This document shows, piece by piece, positions 27,299 to 35,430 of a DNA stretch of 64,000 nt (position 1 is the stretch's first letter; every line of letters begins with the position of its first letter). The notes under the pieces are model-generated. The model made no database searches and was not told where the DNA came from. It saw nothing but the letters and a program-made list of their open reading frames with translations. Where the stretch lies: NCBI GenBank assembly GCA_902777015.1, contig CACYSA010000013.1:229-64228 (forward strand), given 5' to 3'. Position numbers and translations under genes: made by a program. The stretch comes from an uncultured Erysipelotrichaceae bacterium. GTDB taxonomy: Bacteria > Bacillota_I > Bacilli_A > RFN20 > CAG-826.

Positions 27299-29329
27299 AT
27301 GGCTGAAAAAACAAAAAAGAGTTTTTTCGAGACTCGCTTAATGCGCACCAAGATTAAGAGCAGTACAGTTTCTCTTTTTCCTGAAGCAGGCCTTGGCTAC
27401 TTATTAGGACCTATCCTAGCGTTAATGGGCAACGGTGTTATTAACATTTGGCTTGTCCAATACTGGGATAAAGTTTTAGGCTTAGGCACTTGGGCACCAC
27501 TTGTTCAAACTCTAGTTCCACTCATTTCCTCAATCGTTATCATTGCTGGTAACATCCTTGTTGGTAGATTGATGGAAAGAAAACCAAGTCTTGCAGGTAA
27601 AGCAAGACCACTTATCTTGCTCGGTATGCCAGTTATCTTGGTATCCATGCTCGTATTATTCCTTGTTCCATTCCCAGGAGCCGCAAAAGAAAGCGCTTGG
27701 ATTGCAGGCGGTAGTTCCTTCGAAGGTGGCGCATTAGCATCCATCTTCATGGCAGTTGGCTACAACTTATACTATGCATTTGCATGGCCACTCTACTACA
27801 CCTCTCACTCCGCGTTAGTTAACTTATCCACCCGTGATGGTGGCAAACGTGGCTTACTCGGTACCGCGATTATGGCCGCACAATTAGGTGCTGCTGGTGT
27901 CTCCGGTATGGCTGGTGGTTTCTTAGTTGAATTATTACACTTAATGCCAGTTTATCGCTATACAGATTTATTCTACACTGCACACGCTGACAAATTAGGT
28001 GACTTAAAGTTCACTAACGACTTCCAAGACATCTTAAAAAACACAATCGTTAATAGAGAATTAATTCCAGAAGCTGAATACACTATCGAAGTTTCTCGTG
28101 AAGCCGCCAATAAGAACTGGACAATCTTAATGATTGTTATGATTGTTGCCTTAATCTTAGGTTGCTTATTAGAATACTTCTTCACACGTGAACGTATTAC
28201 AGAAGAAGCAGTTAGAAACGCTGAAGCCGCAGGTGGCAATGAAGCAGCTGCTCCAAAGAAAGTCAAGATGAGTCAACAAATCAAGATTTGTATGAAAGAC
28301 AAATTCTGGTGGATGCTTATGATCTTCTGGTTCTTATACCAATTCGGTGGCATGATGAAGAACAACGATATTTCCTTCTTCTCACAAGCTTTAACCGCTG
28401 GTACAAGTGTCTCCTCTGTTATTAATACTGTTGGTGCTATTCCAACCGCTCTCGGTATGGTCATTGTCTGGCCATTAGCCGCTAAGTTAACAAAAGCAAA
28501 GACAATTTCATTAGGTGGTGTTGTTGCCGCTCTTGCTGCTGCTGCATCATTCACATGTTTAGGCTTTATCGGTAACGTCGGTGCTATTACAGGTATCTCT
28601 GTTGCCTCCTTCTGTATTAAAGCCTTAGGTACTGCTCCTGCTATGTACATCTCCATTGCTTTAATGGCTAACGTTTTAGATCACCAAGAAGCAGTTCACG
28701 GTGTCCGTACTGATGGCTTCACCATGGCAGTCTATGGTTCCATCATGGTCGCTATGAGTGGTATTTGTAACGGTATCATCGTCGGTCTTAAAGCTGTTGT
28801 TCCACAAGAAAGCCAAGCCTTCTTACACACATTCTTATCTTACGGTGTTGAAGGTATCTGCTACTTAATCATCGCTATCATGTTCATCTTCATGAACGTT
28901 GAAAAGTTCACCAACGTTGATAACAAAGCCATTGTTGCTGACCAAAAAGCTGAAGTTTTAGCCGCTGGTGGTAACTGGGTTGAACCTGAAGAAAGAGCTA
29001 AAGCTGAAGATGCCGAAAATGCACGTTTAGTCGAAGAAGCTAGAGTGGCTGAACTTAAAGCAAAATGCGAAAAGAAAGGCCTCAACTTCGAAGAAGAAAA
29101 CGGCAAAGTCTTAGCTGCTAAGAAGGAAGCTGATGAAAAAGCTGCTGCTAAGAAAGCGGATGCTGAAGCTAAGAAACAAGCTAAACTTGACGCCATGACT
29201 CCAGAACAAAAGAAAGCCATGGAAAATAAAGAAGCTGCTAAGAAAGCAAAACAAGAAGAAAAAGACGCTGCCGCTCTTATCGAACTCAACAAGATTAGAG
29301 AAGAAAACGGTAGACCTGCTATTGCTTAA
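27299..29329 (+). CDS. GPH/MFS-type sugar transporter with a ~116-aa K/A/E-rich cytoplasmic C-terminal tail
   Basis: ATG 27299 is preceded by AGGAGG (27286-27291); the track start is a TTG. GKARPLILLG is a GPH-like motif. About 12 TM helices. The tail runs VEPEERAKAEDAE...AKKADAEAKKQAKLDAM... Confidence 0.75.
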   Translation: MAEKTKKSFFETRLMRTKIKSSTVSLFPEAGLGYLLGPILALMGNGVINIWLVQYWDKVLGLGTWAPLVQTLVPLISSIVIIAGNILVGRLMERKPSLAGKARPLILLGMPVILVSMLVLFLVPFPGAAKESAWIAGGSSFEGGALASIFMAVGYNLYYAFAWPLYYTSHSALVNLSTRDGGKRGLLGTAIMAAQLGAAGVSGMAGGFLVELLHLMPVYRYTDLFYTAHADKLGDLKFTNDFQDILKNTIVNRELIPEAEYTIEVSREAANKNWTILMIVMIVALILGCLLEYFFTRERITEEAVRNAEAAGGNEAAAPKKVKMSQQIKICMKDKFWWMLMIFWFLYQFGGMMKNNDISFFSQALTAGTSVSSVINTVGAIPTALGMVIVWPLAAKLTKAKTISLGGVVAALAAAASFTCLGFIGNVGAITGISVASFCIKALGTAPAMYISIALMANVLDHQEAVHGVRTDGFTMAVYGSIMVAMSGICNGIIVGLKAVVPQESQAFLHTFLSYGVEGICYLIIAIMFIFMNVEKFTNVDNKAIVADQKAEVLAAGGNWVEPEERAKAEDAENARLVEEARVAELKAKCEKKGLNFEEENGKVLAAKKEADEKAAAKKADAEAKKQAKLDAMTPEQKKAMENKEAAKKAKQEEKDAAALIELNKIREENGRPAIA

Positions 29330-29349
29330 TAGCAAAATACAAACGAAAT

Positions 29350-29376
29350 AGGCGACATTGATTGTCGCCTTTTCTT
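29350..29376 (+). terminator. Rho-independent terminator
   Basis: AGGCGAC-ATTGATT-GTCGCCT followed by TTTCTT. Confidence 0.7.
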
Positions 29377-29393
29377 TATCCTTAATTATTTAT

Positions 29394-30257
29394 TTATTTC
29401 TTTTTGGGAAGTATTAATAAGACAGATGTTTCTTTCTTATATTGTTCGTAATCTGGTTTATAAGCTTTGAAGTGTTTTTCTTCCATTGGAATGGAGATAA
29501 ATAAAAACATTAATAAGTTAACAATCGAACCGGCCGCTAAATACCAGTAATTTAAATGGGAAACAATAAGAGTTAAAGCCACACCAAACCAAATGAGAAT
29601 CTCACCTAAGTAGTTAGGATGTCTTGAATATTTCCATAAGCCTTTATTTAAGACCTCTGAGCGGTCGTTTCTTACTTTGACAAATTTCTTCATTTGGAGA
29701 TCAGAAACAAACTCTAAAAGAGTGCCAAAAAGAATAATGCTTAATCCTATAGCGTCTAAAAATGAATATTCTGTCAAATTAGCGTAGGCAATCGCTGGTA
29801 AAGAGGCAGAATAGACCACTAAAGTAGGAAACATACAAATACCAAATAGATTAACTAATTGATAAGCTTTACCACTTTTCTCTTTAAGCATTTTATAACG
29901 CCAATCAACATATGATAATGAATGGAAACCAACGATAAAGTTCATTGTTAAACGTAAAGAATAAACAAAGATAACCACAAATAATGAGATCGTGGCGAAA
30001 TTCCAGTTATTATGTTTACTAACAATAAAAGTATAAATAATTAATGTTTGAATAGACCAATATGGGTCATAAGCGGAAGCAGTTCTAAGTAATACACCAC
30101 CAAACCACACGATAACTGTAGCGATAACATCCACCACTAAGATATTTAGATATTCATTCATCCCTGCTTTTTCAAAAATAGTAAAAAGCACTACTGCGGC
30201 TACTGTTGCAAGCGCGTAGAGGATGAATAAGGATAATAAGCCTAGTAATCTTTTCAT
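29394..30257 (-). CDS. DUF1295 / steroid-5-alpha-reductase-like membrane protein
   Basis: 287 aa. GLWKYSRHPNYLGEILIWFG is the signature of the DUF1295/ICMT-like superfamily. Confidence 0.75.
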   Translation of the reverse strand: MKRLLGLLSLFILYALATVAAVVLFTIFEKAGMNEYLNILVVDVIATVIVWFGGVLLRTASAYDPYWSIQTLIIYTFIVSKHNNWNFATISLFVVIFVYSLRLTMNFIVGFHSLSYVDWRYKMLKEKSGKAYQLVNLFGICMFPTLVVYSASLPAIAYANLTEYSFLDAIGLSIILFGTLLEFVSDLQMKKFVKVRNDRSEVLNKGLWKYSRHPNYLGEILIWFGVALTLIVSHLNYWYLAAGSIVNLLMFLFISIPMEEKHFKAYKPDYEQYKKETSVLLILPKKK

Positions 30258-30262
30258 ATTGC

Positions 30263-32206
30263 CTAGGCCATTTTATTAGCGACAAGAAATTTTTGCAAGT
30301 CTTCTTCCTTTAACGGTTTTGAGAAATAGTAACCTTGGATGAATTCAATTTTCTTAGTTTTAGATGTCGCAAGTTGAGTTTCTGTTTCAACACCTTCAAT
30401 AACAATTGGGATACCAAGTGATTTAAATAAATTAACTGCGGAATCAAAGAAGATCTTAATATTTTTAGATTCTTCTAATAATGTTTTATCAAGTTTAGCA
30501 ATCGAGAATGGCAATGTAATAAATCTAGCGATATTAGAATAACCACTACCGAAATCATCCATGGCAAATTGCACACCATATTGGCCTAAATCTTGCATAA
30601 ACTCTTTTGTTTTTTCCGGATATTTGACCGCAATAGTTTCAGTAATTTCTAAACAAATTCTCTTTGGATCAATATTGTGTTCTTTAATGACTTTTAAGAA
30701 TCGATAACTTGGGTTATTAAAGAATTCAGCACACGAAATGTTGATTTCTAATATTTCAACCTGTGGATTTCTTTCTAGGAAAGCACATGTTTCATTTAAA
30801 ACAAAATAATCAATTTCATTAGCGAGACCTGAATCTTCTGCAATAGGAATAAATTCAGCAGGACCAACATAGCCTAATTCATCATTATCTAATCTAATTA
30901 ACGCTTCGAAATGATTAAATACCTTTTTACCAACATCGTATATTGGTTGATAAACCATATATAAACCACGTTGTTCTTTTAAACATTGTTCAAGAATCTC
31001 TTTAATTCTTCTATCTCTATTAATGCGATTCATAAATGTTTCATCGAGTTCGATGAAGTTAGAATCTTTAAAATTGATAGTCGGAAGAATTCTAGTAAAG
31101 AAATCTTTATAAGAATCTGTGTTATCAAAGATATCGTTATTAACAAAATAGAATAAATTAATAGTTAAGATAATGGACTTATCTTTGACGTTGAATGATG
31201 AAGAGAAACGATGTCTAATCGCGGCAACCATTTGGGTTTGTTCTTCTCTATTTCTCATTAATAAAACAAAGCGTGAGGAATGAGTTTTAAATATGTAAGT
31301 CGTTTTATTAACGCTTTCGATGAATTTTCTAACTGAAGATAATACCTCATTAGCATACAACGAACCAAACTTTTCATTAAACATGCCAAAGCTTTCAATG
31401 TCGAAAACGATAAAGTGTCTCCTTTGTCTTTCAGTTCTTTGAGTATTGATATAATCAACGAATGCCTCGTTATTAAATGCTTTAGATATGCGATCAACTT
31501 TTTCATCAGGATCGTTAACAGTAATAATCGCAAACATCATCGACATGGTATAGACAACACCATATAAGAGATGTTCTGGCTGGAAGATATGAATGATAAC
31601 AGCAATTAAGAAAATACCAATAATACTTAATAAGACATATAAGAGCTTCTTAGGTATTGTATTTCTAAATGTCACAGCGTATAAAATCGTGGAGAACAAA
31701 TTAAGGCCTGCAACGATATATAAAACAATAAAAGCGGGTCCGTGTTTAAAGTCATAGGCACCGCTTCCGATTTCCACAAAGTCAAAGATCCAATGATGTA
31801 GACAGTTGGTAAATATTAGTATTGTCGCTATAGCAGTAGGAATAATTGTTAAGTAATAGCGGGGTTCAAATTTTAATGTTTTTCCAATTGAATAGAAGAT
31901 ATAGGCGAATATTAAATAAGAACAGAACATGTGTGAGAAGTACAACATTTCTGTAACAAATTCCACTATCGCTAAAGGAACAACATCAGTGTGATCCAAT
32001 AGATAACAAGATAATATATCAAACGAAATTGTTACTGTTACGGAAATTAGGCACACTCCGAACAACTTAAAAACAGCCGTCGGAAATTTCTTCCTAGAAT
32101 AATAGGCGACGACAATCGCCACCATGAACACTAGGGAGCACAATTCCAAAAAGTAATTGTAGTGCATTTTTCCTGGAATAAACCAGGTGGTGAGGAGTTC
32201 TGCCAT
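30263..32206 (-). CDS. Membrane sensor with a degenerate GGDEF domain and an intact EAL domain (predicted c-di-GMP phosphodiesterase)
   Basis: 647 aa with about 7 N-terminal TM helices. The GGDEF position reads HSSRF. EAL motifs are all present: EALIR, EITE, DDFGSGYS, KLDK, EGVE, QGYYFSKP. Confidence 0.8.
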   Translation of the reverse strand: MAELLTTWFIPGKMHYNYFLELCSLVFMVAIVVAYYSRKKFPTAVFKLFGVCLISVTVTISFDILSCYLLDHTDVVPLAIVEFVTEMLYFSHMFCSYLIFAYIFYSIGKTLKFEPRYYLTIIPTAIATILIFTNCLHHWIFDFVEIGSGAYDFKHGPAFIVLYIVAGLNLFSTILYAVTFRNTIPKKLLYVLLSIIGIFLIAVIIHIFQPEHLLYGVVYTMSMMFAIITVNDPDEKVDRISKAFNNEAFVDYINTQRTERQRRHFIVFDIESFGMFNEKFGSLYANEVLSSVRKFIESVNKTTYIFKTHSSRFVLLMRNREEQTQMVAAIRHRFSSSFNVKDKSIILTINLFYFVNNDIFDNTDSYKDFFTRILPTINFKDSNFIELDETFMNRINRDRRIKEILEQCLKEQRGLYMVYQPIYDVGKKVFNHFEALIRLDNDELGYVGPAEFIPIAEDSGLANEIDYFVLNETCAFLERNPQVEILEINISCAEFFNNPSYRFLKVIKEHNIDPKRICLEITETIAVKYPEKTKEFMQDLGQYGVQFAMDDFGSGYSNIARFITLPFSIAKLDKTLLEESKNIKIFFDSAVNLFKSLGIPIVIEGVETETQLATSKTKKIEFIQGYYFSKPLKEEDLQKFLVANKMA

Positions 32207-32212
32207 AGTCGC

Positions 32213-32240
32213 ATTATAACAAAACGAAATTTGATATCAA
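32213..32240 (-). promoter_or_regulatory. Putative promoter TTGATA-16-TATAAT, ending 6 nt before ATG 32206 (leaderless candidate)
   Basis: Gene strand reads TTGATA (32240-32235), 16 nt, TATAAT (32218-32213), GCGACT, ATG. No SD is present. Confidence 0.45.
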
Positions 32241-32321
32241 TGCGAAAAACCATAATCAAAAAGAAAGCAATGACACTATCATTAAATTGTCTATAAAATA
32301 ACGATTGCTACTTGTGAAATA

Positions 32322-34172
32322 TTAAGAAACGGTTACACCAGAATCAATGAAATCATTAATTAAAGAATATAATTCAAGATAATGATCATCAATTAGACCA
32401 ATATTAGTGCCTAATTCCATCACTTTGCCATTAGATTCATATTTCTTCCATTCAGGTAAACCATTACCATTTGGATTACCATTTTTAGCGAAATTAACCC
32501 AGTAATTAAGCATGATGTCTTGCAATTTATAATCTGAATCATTATAGGCGTATGGTTTATTTTGACGTTCTAAGTTGCCATAACAATACGCCATTTCACC
32601 TGAATGATATGTCGCATGGAAACCATTTTCTTTTGTAAATTGATAACGATAAACATCTAAACCATTATTTAAAGCGGCATTAGACCAAGTGTGATGTGGC
32701 ATGATAAACCAATAGACAGAGAATATTTCATTAAATGCTTCAAAAGCATTTTCATTAATCTTTGGTAAATATAAGTCATGAATCTTTTTGCCATGTTCTT
32801 CACCAAAGACTTTTTGTAATCTTTCTAAAATGTTGTTCTTATTTGTTGGTGAGAATAAATAAGTTGGAACAACGAAAGCATCAGCTTCTTTAACGTTATA
32901 GCCATTAAGTAATGCTTCTTCGTTATTTTCATGATCTAAATAAACTTGATATGGATCTTTAGTTAATGCATACCCATCAAGCATCATTTCTTGATTTTTG
33001 TTTTTAGTGTTCACAAGACGATTCGCTTTGACTTTACGTAAATCATCAATAGTCTTACAGTTAAATTCTTTTAAAATCTTTTCACTGACTTTATAAGCTG
33101 CTTCTTCTGTGCGATAAGTATGAGGCGCTCTTTTGATCACTAAAGAAGATGATTCCCCTATTGCTCTTTTAAATAAGCCTTTTGCTAATGGGGAGGTACA
33201 TAAAGCAGATACAGAAGAACTACCAGCGCTTTCTCCAGCGATAGTAATGTTATTCTTATCACCACCAAAATTAGCGGCGTTATTATTAATCCAATTAAGA
33301 GCGAATATTTGATCTAATAAACCATAATTGCCTGTTGTGGCGTGTCCTGTTTCATTTTGTGCTTCATTCTTTAAATCAGGATGAGCAAAATAGCCAAAAA
33401 CACCTAAACGATATTGAATGGTAATCATGATGACACCATGTTTCGCCATTGATTCACCATTATAGTCTTCATAAGCGGAACTACCTGTAGTTAAAGAACC
33501 ACCATGGATATAGACAAGTATTGGTAAATTAGTGGCCTCTATGTTTGGTTTCCAAATATTTAAATATAGACTATTTTCTTTCATGTCTTGCTGTGGTTTC
33601 ATTTGATAATTTGGATGCCAGCCTTTTTCTGAATAAATGTCCACTAAACCACCGATCACTGGATGATTGACTGGTTGCATCATTCTTGGACCAAAATAAC
33701 TACCATCCAATGTATTTTCCCATGTATAGGCTTTTGGCTCTTTCCATCTTTCTGCTTGTGCATATGGGATACCAGCGTATATTTGAACAGTTTTATCTTT
33801 GTTATATATACCTTGGACTTTACCTTCATTTAAAGATAAGACTTCATTAATCTTTTCTGGTTTAGAATAATAAGCCGCACTCTTTTTAGCGATACTAGGA
33901 TTATTAGATAAGATAAGAACAGTGGTCAAAGTAATAAAGCCCACCCAAACCGCTAATCTAGTTAATGCTCTTCTATTTCTAACTAATACTCTTAAAGCAA
34001 AGAACACTACTAAAAGTATTAATTCCAAAATAAAGAAGATAATCGGCCCGTTAGCGAGGTCATAATAGAATATTAATAATAAGGATATAATGGTCCATCC
34101 GATGGGGAATAAGATCCAAAACAATAAGTGATTTTTCTTTTTCATACAAATAAATTCTATCATAGATAGCAA
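32322..34172 (-). CDS. Type-B carboxylesterase (para-nitrobenzyl-esterase-like) with an N-terminal membrane anchor
   Basis: GESAGSSSV nucleophile elbow and HGGSL oxyanion region. Three N-terminal hydrophobic helices. The start is uncertain: TTG 34172, ATG 34163 or ATG 34145. Confidence 0.8.
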   Translation of the reverse strand: MLSMIEFICMKKKNHLLFWILFPIGWTIISLLLIFYYDLANGPIIFFILELILLVVFFALRVLVRNRRALTRLAVWVGFITLTTVLILSNNPSIAKKSAAYYSKPEKINEVLSLNEGKVQGIYNKDKTVQIYAGIPYAQAERWKEPKAYTWENTLDGSYFGPRMMQPVNHPVIGGLVDIYSEKGWHPNYQMKPQQDMKENSLYLNIWKPNIEATNLPILVYIHGGSLTTGSSAYEDYNGESMAKHGVIMITIQYRLGVFGYFAHPDLKNEAQNETGHATTGNYGLLDQIFALNWINNNAANFGGDKNNITIAGESAGSSSVSALCTSPLAKGLFKRAIGESSSLVIKRAPHTYRTEEAAYKVSEKILKEFNCKTIDDLRKVKANRLVNTKNKNQEMMLDGYALTKDPYQVYLDHENNEEALLNGYNVKEADAFVVPTYLFSPTNKNNILERLQKVFGEEHGKKIHDLYLPKINENAFEAFNEIFSVYWFIMPHHTWSNAALNNGLDVYRYQFTKENGFHATYHSGEMAYCYGNLERQNKPYAYNDSDYKLQDIMLNYWVNFAKNGNPNGNGLPEWKKYESNGKVMELGTNIGLIDDHYLELYSLINDFIDSGVTVS

Positions 34173-34198
34173 AAGAAAAGGTCAAATATGCTTTGGCC

Positions 34199-35428
34199 TT
34201 ATTTCTTTTCGTTTAACATCTTGCGATATTTTTCCATTTCTTCGGTGTTAGCCATAACGAAGTGTCCTGGAGTGATTTCTTGTAAAGAAGGAGCTTCTTT
34301 AGAATAATCATGTTCTTCTTGTGGCTTATACACATATCTCTTTCTCACCTTTTCACTTAATGGATCTGGCTTAGGAATCGCAGATAATAACGCTTTGGTA
34401 TATGGATGTAATGGATGAGCGAATAATTCATCACTACTAGCGAGTTCAACAATATTACCGAAATACATAACGGCAATTCTATCACAGAAGTACTTAACGA
34501 CTGATAAGTCGTGAGCAATAAACATGATAGTTAAGCCCATTTCTTCTTTTAAGTTATTTAATAAGTTGATGATTTGGGCTCTAATAGACACGTCAAGCGC
34601 GGAAATTGGTTCGTCACAGATGAGGAAGTCTGGATTCATAATTAACGCTCTAGCGATGCCAATACGTTGTCTTTGACCACCAGAGAATTCGTGTGGATAA
34701 CGAGATGCATATTCTGGTAATAAACCGACCTTAATTAAGACTTCTTTCACTTTTTGTGAATTTTCGAATCTGTTATATTGACCTTGGATGTGTAAACCTT
34801 CTTGAATAATATCTTCAACAGTCATACGTGGATCCAAAGAGTCAACTGGGTCTTGGAAGATCATTTGCATCTTGCTCATTAACTTTTTATCGACGTGTTT
34901 ATTGTCGTAGTTATGTTGCGCGATTTTTTCTTTTTCGTGCTTGATTAAGATTTGTAAATCTTCTTGGAGTTTATTAATCTTTTCCGCGTATTGAGCTTGA
35001 ATCTTCGCGGTCTCATTAGCGATGAATTCTTGATTGCCTTGTTCATCAGAAAGGGCTTTAATCTTTTCATTCATCTCATTTTTGAGTTCTTTAATGCGAC
35101 GATTGGTTTTAATTCTCTTCCATTTGATTTCTTTTTCATTCCATCTGTTGCCCGCGGCAATACGATAGCCTTTGAAATAAACAGAACCAGAAGTAGCCTT
35201 ATATAGTCTAATTAAAGTTCTACCAGTTGTGGTCTTACCACAGCCTGATTCACCAACGACACCGAAACATTCACCTTTTTTAATATCAAAACTGATATTG
35301 TGAACGGCTTTAGTGACGAAAGCGTTTTTACCATGTCCGAACTTAAAGAATTGCTTTAAGTGTCTGACAGATAATTCGATATTGTTTTCCACTAATTCAG
35401 GAAGATAAGTAACTGTTCTTTTTGCCAT
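34199..35428 (-). CDS. oppF: Oligopeptide ABC transporter ATP-binding protein OppF, with a ~100-aa insertion
   Basis: Walker A GESGCGKTT, Q-loop IFQDP, signature FSGGQRQR, Walker B LICDEPISALD, H-loop IAHDL. A charged insertion lies between Walker A and the Q-loop. SD GGAGGA. Confidence 0.85.
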   Translation of the reverse strand: MAKRTVTYLPELVENNIELSVRHLKQFFKFGHGKNAFVTKAVHNISFDIKKGECFGVVGESGCGKTTTGRTLIRLYKATSGSVYFKGYRIAAGNRWNEKEIKWKRIKTNRRIKELKNEMNEKIKALSDEQGNQEFIANETAKIQAQYAEKINKLQEDLQILIKHEKEKIAQHNYDNKHVDKKLMSKMQMIFQDPVDSLDPRMTVEDIIQEGLHIQGQYNRFENSQKVKEVLIKVGLLPEYASRYPHEFSGGQRQRIGIARALIMNPDFLICDEPISALDVSIRAQIINLLNNLKEEMGLTIMFIAHDLSVVKYFCDRIAVMYFGNIVELASSDELFAHPLHPYTKALLSAIPKPDPLSEKVRKRYVYKPQEEHDYSKEAPSLQEITPGHFVMANTEEMEKYRKMLNEKK

Positions 35429-35430
35429 AA

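Noticed and set aside
28861-29335. Two minus-strand ORFs (143 aa and 74 aa) rich in A/S/F/L
   Set aside because: They are antisense artefacts of the K/A/E-rich tail of the GPH transporter gene, with no start context.
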